NCBI RefSeq assembly: GCF_009914755.1 | Contig: NC_060930.1 | DNA from: the human T2T-CHM13v2.0 reference genome, Homo sapiens | DNA length: 64,000 nt | Reading direction: 5' to 3' (one strand) | Shown: piece by piece, positions 36,759-55,891 of the stretch | Numbering within the stretch: position 1 is the stretch's first letter | How the letters are laid out: the number at the start of each line of letters is the position of its first letter | Notes under the pieces: model-generated | What the model was told of the DNA's origin: nothing | The model's database searches: none | What the model saw: only the letters and a program-made list of their open reading frames with translations | Position numbers and translations under genes: made by a program

Positions 36759-36951
36759 GTAAGTGTCTGAGCAGTGAAGGTTACGGAAAAGGTCCAGGCT
36801 AAGGTTTTCTCAGTGGATATGTGAGTGTGTACTGATGGCAAGTGGGGTGGGGAATATATTTCGTGACAGCAGGGCCCCTCCAACTCTGAAAATGGTCAGG
36901 ACTTTCTTTGTTTTACAGCTCTCACCTCTTTCCTGCTCTTTCTTTCACCAG

Positions 36952-37185
36952 ACTTTACACCAAATCTCAGAAGATTCAGAACTTAGATGAGTGGGGCCCA
37001 GGACAGGAACCCTGGAGCCTTGGAAGGAGGGGAGCCCCATCTCCCCAGAAGAGCAGTGACCCCAGCAGAGAGGGGCCTGGTGTATCACTGGAGGAAATAG
37101 CCTGCCAAGGAATACACGTCTTCAGAAGAAATTCTGTGTGGCTTCAAGAGACTGATCAAATTGTGAGAGGAAAACAGCCTACCCG
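36952..37185 (+). other. TRIM38: TRIM38 non-coding exon 2 (5' UTR)
   Basis: Pyrimidine tract and caccag| acceptor at 36951; donor CCG|gtaatt at 37185. Confidence 0.75.
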
Positions 37186-37947
37186 GTAATTGTAGTTAAA
37201 TTACTGTTTTTTATTCTAGGCACTCTTCAAACTTCCTCCTGACTCTGCCCCTGTCCTAGAGGAGCTCCCAGGAGTAGGGGTGTGGGGGCGGGCGGGGGGG
37301 AGGGATCGGGGGTACAGGGAGAGCCCAGCTAGGTTCTCAGAAGAGGCAGGCTTTTTCGCTCCTGGTCACTCCTCTGTTGCCTATCCCTGGCCTCCCCCAT
37401 CTTCTTTCTGCCTTCCCTACCTCCTTGGGTCTGCAAACTCTTTATGTTGCAATCACTCTGAACATGTCTCTTGAGATAGGTCCTGTCCTGGAGAAGAGAT
37501 AGTAAAAGTAAACTCCCCAGTTCTGCAGGAGCTCTGATCCCATAGAAATAACTGCTCCTCAGGAGCAAACCCTCTGCTCTGCAGCCTTCTTTCCAATTCT
37601 TATTCCCTCAGTTTAGGGAGAGGGCACAAAAAGGATAAACTGGTTCTTCTGGTTGTTCTGGTTGCCTTGATTGCTTCCATTATCCTCCTGGTTGGGTCTC
37701 TAGCAAGACGTTATTAGCCAGGGAAGTCCCACTTAGGCACCCCTCTCTGCAGAAGAGGTATTCACTATTCTCCTTTCTCTTTCTTTTGCCTATTATACCT
37801 CTGCTCCTGAAAGCAAAAACAACAACAACAACAACAACAACAAAAACACAAACAAAAAACAACCGACCTTATTAACCAGTGTTGGTTGTTGTTCTTTGTG
37901 GGGGATGGGGGGGGTCGAGGTGGAGTCAAATTTTATTGTCATGATGG

Positions 37948-38653
37948 TGTAGGAGCCAAGGGAACACTTCCCCTTTGCCTTCTGAAGTTCACTGAAAAAT
38001 CGACTCACAAAAGGCAGGCTAATTGGAGAAAAGGCATACAAATTTATTAACAAGTACATGGGCTAGAATCACAGAGTGATTACCCCCTCTGCCAATGGGG
38101 GTAGATACTTATATAGCCTTATTTATAAATACTTATGTATAAATACATAAATATAAATATGTATGCATATGTATGTATGTATAAATATGTATGTATACTG
38201 TATAAATATGTATGTATAACGTTTATACATGTATACATATTTATTTCAGAGGGGAAGGGTGATATCAGGAGAATATAGGTAATTCTTTGAGGGGCAGTAA
38301 ATGATTACTAGGGAGAATAAATGAATATTTGGGAGGATGAATGAATGGAGGAACAGAGTTTAACTTGTAAATGGTTCTCTTTGGAAAATGAATGAGCCTG
38401 AGAGACAGACATTATTTTGTGAAAGTGTCTGATTAGGTCTGGTTACATTCTTAGTCCTCTTTTCTTCAGTACAAAATGAGATAATAGGGGTTGGAAGGAA
38501 AAACAATTGTTCTTCTTGTCTAGTGTGACTGGTCTTTATGTAGATAGGGGAAAAGTCTCTTCCAGCATCTGCTGATCTCTAAGGGCCTTTAATTCAAAAT
38601 ACTCATTATACCAGGGAGTCATATATTGGGGTGAAGCTCCCCATACTCCTTCA
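37948..38653 (-). mobile_element. MER34/MER39-group ERV1 LTR in TRIM38 intron 2, with an internal TATG-rich tract
   Basis: tgtaggagccaagggaacacttcccctttgcc...actccttca. Confidence 0.65.
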
Positions 38654-38712
38654 ATGGAATCTGTCACAGATCACCCAATTGCATAAGTGTTACTACTAAT
38701 TACAAAGAGTAA

Positions 38713-39864
<1,152 letters not shown>

Positions 39865-39871
39865 GTTAGAA

Positions 39872-40260
39872 GACTGAGAAAAGAAAAATAATGAAATAAT
39901 TTAGAGCAGTCTGAGCTATGTGAGGTATGCAAAATTTATCAGGACAAGTGAGGCAGGAGTATAGGTCTTCAGTTAAGACCCCATGTTTAAAAGCATTTTG
40001 TTCCTGACTGGCTGCCTCATCTATTACCTACATATTCCCGAGATTTGTAATACAAAGAACAATGTATAGCCAGTCAAAAGCTTATGCTATTTTAATGTAA
40101 ATTCTTGGCAAACAACTTTAAAACTGCTTTAAAACTGCTTTTTTTCCTCTAAACAACCACTTGTAACTGCTTGCTAATGAGGGCAACTTGAAACTCTGCA
40201 CTTGGGTTGCAGTTCTCAAACGTGGCCCAAACAACCTCAGCCTCAACTTCTTCCTTTTAG
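39872..40260 (+). mobile_element. MER4-group ERV1 LTR ending at the TRIM38 exon 3 acceptor
   Basis: tgagctatgtgaggtatgcaaaatttatcagg...gcagttctcaaacgtggcccaaacaacctc...ttccttttag resembles a MER4-group LTR body and 3' end. Confidence 0.55.
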
Positions 40261-40448
40261 GTCCTCTTTTCTTCAATACAAAATGAGATAATAGGGGTTG
40301 GAAGGAAAACCTTCAAGACCTATGGAAGTCAGTTGCAGCCAGCTCATCACATAGAGGTGCAGGTGAGGTGTATTTTCATCACGGTGGAAAATTCTGGCTG
40401 CTTCATCTCCATCTCTAGAGCCAATATTGGAGCTTTTCAATAAAAGCT
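40261..40448 (+). other. TRIM38: TRIM38 exon 3, 5' UTR portion
   Basis: Acceptor cttcttccttttag|G at 40260/40261, contiguous with the ATG at 40449. Confidence 0.75.
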
Positions 40449-40859
40449 ATGGCCTCAACCACCAGCACCAAGAAGATGATGGAGGAAGCCACCTGCTCCA
40501 TCTGCCTGAGCCTGATGACGAACCCAGTAAGCATCAACTGTGGACACAGCTACTGCCACTTGTGTATAACAGACTTCTTTAAAAACCCAAGCCAAAAGCA
40601 ACTGAGGCAGGAGACATTCTGCTGTCCCCAGTGTCGGGCTCCATTTCATATGGATAGCCTCCGACCCAACAAGCAGCTGGGAAGCCTCATTGAAGCCCTC
40701 AAAGAGACGGATCAAGAAATGTCATGTGAGGAACACGGAGAGCAGTTCCACCTGTTCTGCGAAGACGAGGGGCAGCTCATCTGCTGGCGCTGTGAGCGGG
40801 CACCACAGCACAAAGGGCACACCACAGCTCTTGTTGAAGACGTATGCCAGGGCTACAAG
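40449..40859 (+). CDS. TRIM38: TRIM38 coding exon 1 (gene exon 3): RING finger and B-box2, aa 1-137
   Basis: ATG in strong context (gctATGG). Translation [20 protein letters not shown]...CGHSYCHLC...CPQC (C3HC4 RING) then [12 protein letters not shown]...CWRC...HKGH (B-box2). Donor AAG|gtgagt, phase 0. Confidence 0.98.
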
Positions 40860-41450
40860 GTGAGTGTGTGGGCCCGGGAGCTTTGGTAAGTACCAAGTCT
40901 TATCCTGCTCCCCAGGAGCTGAGATGATTTAACTTGAAACCTAACATTATGACTTGGAAATACAGCTTTCATCATGTCATTCTTCTGAAAAATAGTTTAT
41001 GATGATTTCTTGCTCAATTATCTAGACTGTCCATCCTGACCTTCAATGGGATGGTTGGACTCTTATCTCTATCCATTTGTGTTATGATGAATTTCTTTTT
41101 GCTTTAGAACAGGTTGTTCTCAAACCAAACACCCGCATTTTTTCTTGTTTCACACCATGAATATCATTTGAAAAACCACAATATGTAAAGCCATGCAGTA
41201 GGGCCTGAAAACAGGGAAGAAAGACCCATCACCTTTTAGGTATCTACAGTCTAGTAAAGAAAACAAACCATCAAAAATGTCTGCCTGGAGGTCCCTGGTT
41301 TTGGTGGTGGGGAGGGACATTTAGGGTAGAGAGTGGTTCATCTTAGAAGTAACTCCTGAAGGACACGTAAAAATTGAACACCTATTGGGGGATTTTCATT
41401 TGGGGAATGAAGGGTCAGTGACATTGAAAATATCACTCTGGTACCTCTAC

Positions 41451-41751
41451 TTTTTTTTTTTTTTTTTTTTTTTTCTGAGGTAGGGTCTTGCTCTGTATCC
41501 CAGGTTGGAGTACAATGGTGCAATCTCGGCTCACTGCAGCCTCAACCTTCTGGGGCTCAAGCAATCCTCCCACCTCAGCCTCCCAAGTAGCTAGGACTAC
41601 AGGGATGCCCCACCATACCTGGATAATTTTTTTATTTTTTGTAGAGACATGGTCTGCCTTTCTTGCTTATACTGGCCTCAAACCCCTGGTCTCCCTCCCA
41701 TCTCAGCCTCCCAAAATGCTGGGATTAGAGGCATGAACCACTGTGCCCAGC
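41451..41751 (-). mobile_element. AluJ
   Basis: Antisense dimer with poly-T. Confidence 0.88.
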
Positions 41752-42244
41752 TACTGTGGCATGTCTATGATAAAAGGAATATCAAGGAGTAAAATTCAAA
41801 CTATCCGTATAAGAAAGGGAGGAGAGGGCAGATTTTAAGCACGATTCAGGAAGAAGAGTCAAAGATTTGGAAATGCTTGGTTGTGGAAGGTGAAGCAGAG
41901 GGAGAGGTTTTGTGTACCATCCAGATTTCTTGCCAGAAAGCATATTAAGGAAGGTGGGACTTTGCTGTTGGCAGCATGGAGGAATGGGCATAGTCCTGAT
42001 GTCCTTTTTCCTTCTCTGTCCTGCCTAAATTTGAGGAAAATGTTGTCTCCAGTGTCAGGCTCCTTATTCTGTCCTCCATGAGGCAGAGGTGGTCTTGTAT
42101 GAAGGCTCTAAGTCCTTCTAAGGACATGTCAATCATGACCACCACTCAGCTCATGGCAGCTCTTCCTTAAACTCCATGGAGCAGCTAATAACTGCGATGA
42201 TCATATTCCCATTTGAATTACTTTTCCACCAAGTAGTAAGAAAA

Positions 42245-42460
42245 GGAACCAGCTTATGTTGAAATTGAGTTTTGTCACTTACTAGATGGGCAATTTTGGG
42301 CACGTTACTTAATGTCTTCACACCTTGGTTTCTCCATCTGTAAATGGGGATAATAGCAGTGTCCTCCCTCCCTAAAACACATACACAGGAGGTGGTTATA
42401 AGCTTTGAGGACATTAAAATATAGAATGCATAGAATAGCACTTGGCATATAGTAAGGACA
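42245..42460. mobile_element. MIR
   Basis: ttgggcacgttacttaatgtct...ttggtttctccatctgtaaatggggataata core. Confidence 0.7.
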
Positions 42461-43247
42461 ATGTCATCTTTTGCTAAAACAGTTACATAGAACCTTTTCC
42501 TGAGAACACTCGAGAATGAATGAGTATACTTGTTGGGTTTACAGAGGACAGGAGACAATTCTTTCAGCATTGACTACAATTAGCAATTTGGGTCAGCTTC
42601 AAATCACTTTCAATAGAAATATGAGAAACTGTTTTGAAGAATAAGCTAAAAGCTTGACATGAATACTAAATCATTTTAAATTGGATTCATGATACCATTG
42701 TTCAAAAGATACCAGAATTCCCCTCTTCCATGAACTGTTTCTAATAACCAGCTGGCATCCTGATTTTTCCTGACTCATAAGACACAAAATTTCATGTGTG
42801 CCAAACACTGGTATTGGTTTTGCTTGGTTCAGCATGTTGTTTTACAAAATCTTTTAGATGATGATTACCTTGTTCTATATCCAACTTTTTCCTGGCAGGA
42901 CTCTAGTGGTGGACATAGCTCAGGCTCTGGGTCAGCAGATGAGATTGCAATTGTTGCTCCACCACCTGGCAGTCATAGCCCTTTGGGCAAGTTATTTTAC
43001 CCCTTTCTTAGTCTCATTTTCTACAGCACAGAAATGAAGTTTAAAATCCTACCAACTATTCAGGGTTGCCAAGGGGATCAGTATGTTCCTGCACATATAG
43101 CCTTTAGCATGCTCTCTAGCAAAAAACAATGAGGACTCTATAAATATTCACTATTATTCAAATATATCTTAGAAGATTGGGATTCCCCCTAGGTCCCTAA
43201 TGAAGAGTCAAATTGAATAGGCTTCACTTATCAAATTTTTCCTTCAG

Positions 43248-43343
43248 GAAAAGCTCCAGAAAGCTGTGACAAAACTGAAGCAACTTGAAGACAGATGTAC
43301 GGAGCAGAAGCTGTCCACAGCAATGCGAATAACTAAATGGAAA
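43248..43343 (+). CDS. TRIM38: TRIM38 coding exon 2 (96 nt, coiled coil)
   Basis: Acceptor ttccttcag|GAA, donor AAA|gtaaga. Encodes EKLQKAVTKLKQLEDRCTEQKLSTAMRITKWK. 96 nt is the typical size of this exon in SPRY-type TRIMs. Confidence 0.96.
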
Positions 43344-43832
43344 GTAAGAATCTGACTTCATTGATCTCAAGCTATTTTCCATTCTAGAGCTTAGGCATAG
43401 GGGATGATTGAGGAAAAGCACAATGAGGATTTATTCTCACTAAACCAGATTGAAAAAATGAAACCCAAGGAAGAAACCATTATTTGTACTTATGCCCCTG
43501 GTTCCAGGTTTACATCCATGAGTATTTAGCACCAATCTTTCCATCTTTAAACTGTAGTTGGCTGGGATTCCTGATACTTCAGTCAGAAGAAGCAGAATTA
43601 GTATGACTATTTACCTAGAAAAAGCATCGAGTGGGTCTCAAACTTTAAATACCTCAAAATAAACCTGGTTTGCAGGCCTCAACTCATTACCCTGGCACTT
43701 TTACCACAGTGGAGCATCTGGCTCTCAACTTTACAGGTACAGAAACCAAGCTTTGTGAACACTTAGAAAACAGGATCACTCCAGATTGAAATTCATACTA
43801 CTCAAGCTCATGAAGCTGATGAAAGAAATATA

Positions 43833-44138
<306 letters not shown>

Positions 44139-44266
44139 TATACTTGATTTATAAGTACATCACAAGTAATGCAACAACCTACACACTTGCAACTACAAAC
44201 TTTCAGATTATTTCCGTGGCTGACTAACCTCCACATTATCAGAGCCACATTCTTTTATGGAAATAT

Positions 44267-44344
44267 TTAGGTTTGTGCAAAAGTAATTGCGGTCTTTGCC
44301 ATTAAAGTAAAGGCAAAAACCACAATTACTTTTGCACCAATCTT
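44267..44344. mobile_element. MADE1 (Hsmar1-derived MITE) hairpin in TRIM38 intron 4
   Basis: ttaggtttgtgcaaaagtaattgcggtctttgcc...ggcaaaaaccacaattacttttgcaccaatct inverted repeats. Confidence 0.9.
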
Positions 44345-45359
44345 TATATTTATATAATTCACTAGCTTGCAGTAAAATCCCACAAGCTGATTACCAATTT
44401 TCTCTCTTTCAGGAGTCCTCTCTAACCTCTACCCTGATCTTTGTTTGTGGATGTTGCTCTTGAGCTCCTGAGTACACTCTTACTTCCCCCATTTCTAGGA
44501 TCTTGGGCAATGGGGAAGACCTTGATTGTAACTAACATATATGAAAACCCGTCTATACAAGAGTTAAAGCTGCACCTGTCTCCTACACAAAAATTCCACC
44601 TCATCCTAAGTCAAAGACCCTTCTTCTATATCATAGTCATCAAAACACTGTATGAATTTATTTTTATTTTTTAATTTTTATTTTTTTAAGATAAGTAGAG
44701 AGTTTATTTGGGCCAAGTTTGAAGACTGCAATCCAAGAACATAGATTCAAATTGCCCTGAATACACACTCCCACTGCATTAATTTAGACAGCACTAATGG
44801 AAATTGCAACTTTACATCTCCTCAGATGAGAGTTTCACTTGATTTCTGTCAGTCTTACACATAGGAATGCTTAAGATGACCCTAGGGTAGTAGAACAGTA
44901 TTTCTCAGTTAACCATAATAAATGCCTGTCACACTCAAAGCTCCCCCTGCCAAGAATTATGGACCCTCTTACCAGCCTGGTTGTCTTAAAATCCAGTCTG
45001 GGTGATGTTCATTATAAGCTTTTACTTCAAGAAAATCGCTCCAACTCAGAAATCTAACTTCTTAAATCATAAGTAAAAACCTCTTTTTATCCTTGTAACT
45101 GATAAAGTGTTTGAACTTGGCCCTAGTTTCACAATTAAATTATCTAGCACTCCTAACCCAGCTTTCTCCTGTGTCTTGGCTGAAGAACAAGAAAATTAAT
45201 TGGGTGACTATAAGGAATCTGAGGCAACCTCTTCCACATCTGAGTGCCTGCCTCCCACACATGACTCTGCAGCAGGAAACTGGGGACATTCTTCCAGCTT
45301 CAGTGACTCATGAGAAAATAATGTCCCAGTGGCTGATTGTGTGTGTGTGTGTGTTTGTG

Positions 45360-45772
45360 TGAAAATATATATAACACTTAAGCATTTAACCACTTTTAAG
45401 TATATAGTTCAGTAGAATTAAGTGCTTTTACATTGTTACATTGTTGTGCAACCATCACCATTCCCATCTCCAAACTGCAACTCAGTTTCATCTTTCATCT
45501 TCTAAACTGAAACTCACTACCCATTAAACAATAACTGTCCATTTTCTGGTCTTGCCAACACCTTGTAACCACTATTTTACTTTCTGTCTCTATGAACTTA
45601 ACTACTCCAGATGCCTTGTATAAGCAAAGTCTTACAATATTTGCCCTTTTGTTTCTGGCTTATTTTGCTTGAATGTCTTCAAGGCTTGTCATGTAGTAGC
45701 GTGTGTCAGACTTTCATTCTTGTTTATCCATTCATCCATAGATGGACATTTGGTTTACTTCCACCTTTTGAC
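45360..45772 (-). mobile_element. L1M 3' fragment abutting the TRIM38 exon 5 acceptor
   Basis: cattgttgtgcaaccatcacc...tactttctgtctctatgaa...tttatccattcatcc. Confidence 0.75.
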
Positions 45773-45791
45773 CATACTTTCTTGACTCCAG

Positions 45792-46022
45792 GAGAAGGTA
45801 CAGATTCAGAGACAAAAAATCCGGTCTGACTTTAAGAATCTCCAGTGTTTCCTACATGAGGAAGAGAAGTCTTATCTCTGGAGGCTGGAGAAAGAAGAAC
45901 AACAGACTCTGAGTAGACTGAGGGACTATGAGGCTGGTCTGGGGCTGAAGAGCAATGAACTCAAGAGCCACATCCTGGAACTGGAGGAAAAATGTCAGGG
46001 CTCAGCCCAGAAATTGCTGCAG
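45792..46022 (+). CDS. TRIM38: TRIM38 coding exon 3 (231 nt, coiled coil)
   Basis: Acceptor ctccag|GAG, donor CAG|gtgagg. Open frame [14 protein letters not shown]...[11 protein letters not shown]. Canonical 231-nt TRIM exon. Confidence 0.96.
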
Positions 46023-46976
46023 GTGAGGCTGTGTACTTGGAGTAGGGAAAAAAGGTATGTTATAGTGCTATTAAAGGAGAATGGTAAGGAAGCATGGGAA
46101 GATAAAGTAATGTTTCTTTTAGATGTACATCAGTGCCATCAGGCTGGCCTTCACTAATTTATAGGGTACCTTTATGTCAATTAGAAAAATAAACTTCTGA
46201 GGGAACACAGCTTGGCCAAATGAAACCACGGGATAACATTTACCACTGTTTGCCTCCTTGGCCCATGTGCAGAGAACCCTGGTTGTTGACTCTCTCCTGA
46301 AATACTCCACTAGGTGACTGATGGGTGATGAAGTGGGGCAGCCAAAATGAGTGATAACCTTTTCCCTGATTTGCTTGTAGAACCCTTGCTCCAGAGCTGT
46401 TATGGTACAATCTACAGCTTTATCTGTAGGAAGATAAACATCTGGAGCCATTAATTCTGGTTCTAACTAACAGGATTGGTGACTATACTGTAAGGCTGAG
46501 TGTATAGCATGATTGCTTTACCACTGTGTGATACCTGCTACCACCATCTTAGTGGCAGTGGCCCAGTCTCAGGGCTGTGCACAGATTCACCACTAAGGAC
46601 CTTTATGATAAGTGTTCTCTAATCTGGGCTCACTGTGAAGGAAATCCGATCACCAAAAGCTAGTCCTTACAGAGGGAGCATGGACAAAGCTCCTGGCCCT
46701 CAGACTTCAGCAAGGATGAGAATAGATGCAAATGTTGATAAACATCCTGCCATGCTGAATCTCCCAGAAGCTGGTAGGAATTATTCCATCTGGGTATCCA
46801 TCAATACCTAAGACTGGTGGGAATTACTTTGTTTGAGTATCCATCAATATCTAAGACTAAGACTAGGGTAACTCTCTTTACTTCTTCGGGTAAAGCAAAG
46901 AAGAATAGCCCTGCATGACAAGCCCCATGAAATACCGATGTTCCCATGCTCACCTTTTCTTTTTGTTTCTTTATAG

Positions 46977-46999
46977 AATGTGAATGACACTTTGAGCAG
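46977..46999 (+). CDS. TRIM38: TRIM38 coding exon 4 (23-nt micro-exon)
   Basis: Long pyrimidine tract, ttatag|AAT...AGCAG|gtaagt. Encodes NVNDTLSR. Canonical 23-nt TRIM exon. Confidence 0.94.
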
Positions 47000-47095
47000 G
47001 TAAGTCCTGTTTGAATGCAGGAGGGGAGGGGTGTGCGTATATAGAAATGAATGGAATGCACCTCTGAAGAAATCTCTCGCCTCTGCTTATTCTAG

Positions 47096-47208
47096 GAGTT
47101 GGGCTGTGAAGCTGGAAACATCAGAGGCTGTCTCCTTGGAACTTCATACTATGTGCAATGTTTCCAAGCTTTACTTCGATGTGAAGAAAATGTTAAGGAG
47201 TCATCAAG
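47096..47208 (+). CDS. TRIM38: TRIM38 coding exon 5 (113 nt, linker)
   Basis: ttctag|G...CAAG|gtatgt. Encodes [37 protein letters not shown]. Phases are compatible with both neighbours. Confidence 0.94.
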
Positions 47209-47928
47209 GTATGTTCACTAAAGAATTCCTGAATACTGTGGATAGAAGGGGCCTTATGCAGTAACCAAGTTTACCACCTGTCCCTTGGCAGGCTCACAGC
47301 CAGAGAGGTTGTTTAGTTAATTTCAGTAGAGCTTTCATACTTTCTCTAGTTAGTATGATTCACTGCTCAGTGAATGTGATGAGCATTGCATTCTGGTTAT
47401 CTGTGCAAACCTTTCAAATTCTTATTCTTTCACTTATTAGCCATGTTACTCCAAGTGACTTGGTTTCCCCCTCTGAAAAATGAAAATATTAACAGCTCCT
47501 ACTTCATTGAGTTATCATCAAAATTAAATGCATCAACATGTACAAAGTGCTTAGCCCTGTGACTGACACATGATCATAATAGCACATCATGGTATTAGAT
47601 CTGATCATAGTGTTTATTATCAATAGCTCAGCCAACTCTTAGAGCAATGCAAGAAAAGTAGGTGAGTATGATAACCTATCATTCACATATTTTAGGAACT
47701 TGACTTAGATAACACAGATGACAAATGTTACAACCAATTTACAGATTCCAAAATGTTAGAACCATTTACTGAGTTTCCTGCTCCCTTGATTTTTTAAATC
47801 AGTGCTGACTATACTTTCACAAATTTGTATCCGTAAGTACAAAATCAAAAAAACCCCTGAAAATGGAAAGTTTTATCATGATTCATTTGGCTACAAAAAT
47901 CTGGCCTAACCTGAAATGATTTGGTGGT

Positions 47929-48513
47929 TATATTAGTTATCTATTAGTACAAACAAATTACCATAATTTAGAACCTTAATACAACACTGATATGTTATCT
48001 CAATTTTTGTGGTTCAGGAATCTGGGCACAGCTTAGTTGGGCCTGCTGCTTAGGGTCTGATAAGGCTGCAGTTAAGGTGTTGGTCAGGCTGTGTTCTTAT
48101 CTGGAGGCTAGGCTAAGGAAGAATCCACTTCCAAGCTCACTGAGGTAGCAGGCAGAATTTCTTTCCTGATGGTTGCAGGACTTTGGCCCTGGTTATTTCT
48201 GGCTGTTGGCTGGAGGTTGCCCACAGCTTCTACAGGCCACCCCTCAGCTCTTTGCACATGGGCTTCTAACATGGCCAGTTATTTCTTCAGAGAGAGCTCA
48301 GGAGACAGACTCTTTAGAGAAAATCTGCCAGCAAGATGGAGTCTTACATAATGAAACGTAATCATAGAAATTATATCCCATCATCTTTGCCATATCCTAT
48401 TGGTCAGAAGCAATTCATAAGCCCTGCTCACACTCAAAGACAAGGAATTTTACGAGGGTGTGAACACCAAGAGGCAGGAATCATAGAAGGCCACCCTTGA
48501 GTCTGTCTTCCAC
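47929..48513. mobile_element. MLT1 LTR nested in a Tigger/MER46-like DNA element (about 47810-48757)
   Basis: ggttcaggaatctgggcacagcttag...gaatccacttccaagctcact...agtctgtcttccaca. Confidence 0.65.
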
Positions 48514-48944
48514 AGTGGCCAACCCTGAACGGCACTGAGATGAGACTATTTAAAAGTCTTTATTTATCCCACTTAATTTGAATAAATGTTTTGCTGCAGA
48601 TATATTGATGAATTTGATTACAGGGCTCTGCCTTAGGCCATGATGGGGTTGAACTTTAGAGTATATGCATTTTTTTGCCTTTATAACTTCTAAACTAATT
48701 TGAATGGCAAAGCCCATTTTGTTCCAGGGATTTCAGAAAAGGAATTATAGACCTGTGTTCCCCTCAAATACACAACAACAAACAACAACAAAACCCAAAA
48801 GCACTCTGTATTTCATCCTATACAGATGACAGGAAGGAAGAACAAGACTTTGTGTAAGTTTTGCTGGGATTTCACTGAGTCAATTTGCCTACTCTCATCT
48901 TTTACAGAAGGAATCATAATATGGTTCAAGTGAAACTATTTCTT

Positions 48945-49051
48945 TCTTTCTTTCTTTCTTTTTTTTTTTTTTTGAGACAGAGTCTCGCTCTGTCGCCCAG
49001 GCTGGAGTGCAGTGGTGCGATCTCGGCTCACTGCAAGCTCCGCCTTCCGGG
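48945..49051 (-). mobile_element. 5'-truncated AluY
   Basis: AluY-type ctgcaagctccgcc; perfect 19-bp TSD tcaagtgaaactatttctt. Confidence 0.9.
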
Positions 49052-49142
49052 TCAAGTGAAACTATTTCTTAAATGGGCTTATCTTTTAACTAAATATTTC
49101 TCCCCTCTTAAACACTGTTTATTAAAATTTTTCTTTTTTCAA

Positions 49143-54656
<5,514 letters not shown>

Positions 54657-55891
54657 TAATAATGCTCTGACTTAATATCTTTTGATATAATACTATAACA
54701 GTATATGACTATATTATCTATCTTTTAGCTTCCAATCTTTCTATATGTTTTTGTTGATGTGTCACACCAATAGATAGGTGGAATTTTAAAAATCCAATTG
54801 ATATTTTTTCTCTTAAGTGGTATTACCACCCCGTAAACATTTTAATTTCTCAACATGGGTTTTCCTGGGTCATTCAGGTAATATGAATTGAAACCCCAAA
54901 CTTCTGTGAGTCAGGCTGATAAAAGCTAACTGAATAGAGTTTGAAAAAGGAGGGTATTTACAAAGGTGAGGAGTTGGGAAATCCACAAGGAACAGGAAGC
55001 ACCCAGAACTAGGAACAGTTAGAGAGCCATCACCTCCTCTGGGCCTCAAGTGGCAGGTGTAGGGAGCTGTAACTATACTAGAGTGTGCCCAGAGGCAGAG
55101 GAATGCAGACCCTCCAAATCATAGCGTGGGACTGGGGTACTGAATACTCCCAAGGCTGCTTCTTTGTGCCCTATGGTCTCCTCTGGTGCTTCCCATTGGC
55201 TGAACCAAGCCAGAGGGCGGAAAGCCTGGTTAATCTGTCCATGTCAGCCTTCCTGGGCACAGAGCAAGACAGGGAAAAGTGAGGGATTATTTGGAAGAAC
55301 AAACAGAGAGCATCCAGCACAGGAAGTGTTTCTGAATACTTGAATTCCTTAATTGTCACAGACCAACTGATCAACATTTAACTCAGTAGCACAGTGGTTT
55401 CTTAACTCTCTTGTTAGAACATCCTATTACCATTTTTTATTTTTAAAACTGCATACTGTTCAGTATCTCACTTTAGGTTATCAGATCTTTTTTCTGTCTT
55501 GTTTGATTCTAGTCTGATATTTTTCATGTATATTGGTCCTCAGTGTATTATTATCTCATACTAATGCTTATGGAACATTATCTGAGGGGAAAGAGAAGAG
55601 CTTACAATTAAAAGTCATGGGACTAGGCATGTGTCATGAGACCTGGGTCTTCCAATAACAAGCTAAGACATTAGCTGAGTCATTTTCCCTCTCTGATTCT
55701 CAATGTTGGTGGTTATTCAGTAGAGAAGGGAAAAGGTATCTTTCTGCTCAACTGTCTCATGATTCCTGGAAGTCCTGCATGGGAGAAGAACTTTGGACAG
55801 GATGGTAACCATATTAACAGGTTAGTTCTGTACCTTGGCATCCTTGAATAATTAAGACGAAGATGATGTTGATGATATCATTATTACTACA

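Noticed and set aside
36500-37330. CpG island at the TRIM38 promoter
   Set aside because: Only scattered CpGs; by eye it does not reach island density.
40455-40715. Antisense ORF overlapping the RING exon (also 57293-57574 over the SPRY exon)
   Set aside because: Shadow ORFs of real coding sequence with no independent support.
40860-40889. C-terminal VSVWARELW of the RING/B-box ORF
   Set aside because: Intronic read-through past the AAG|gtgagt donor.
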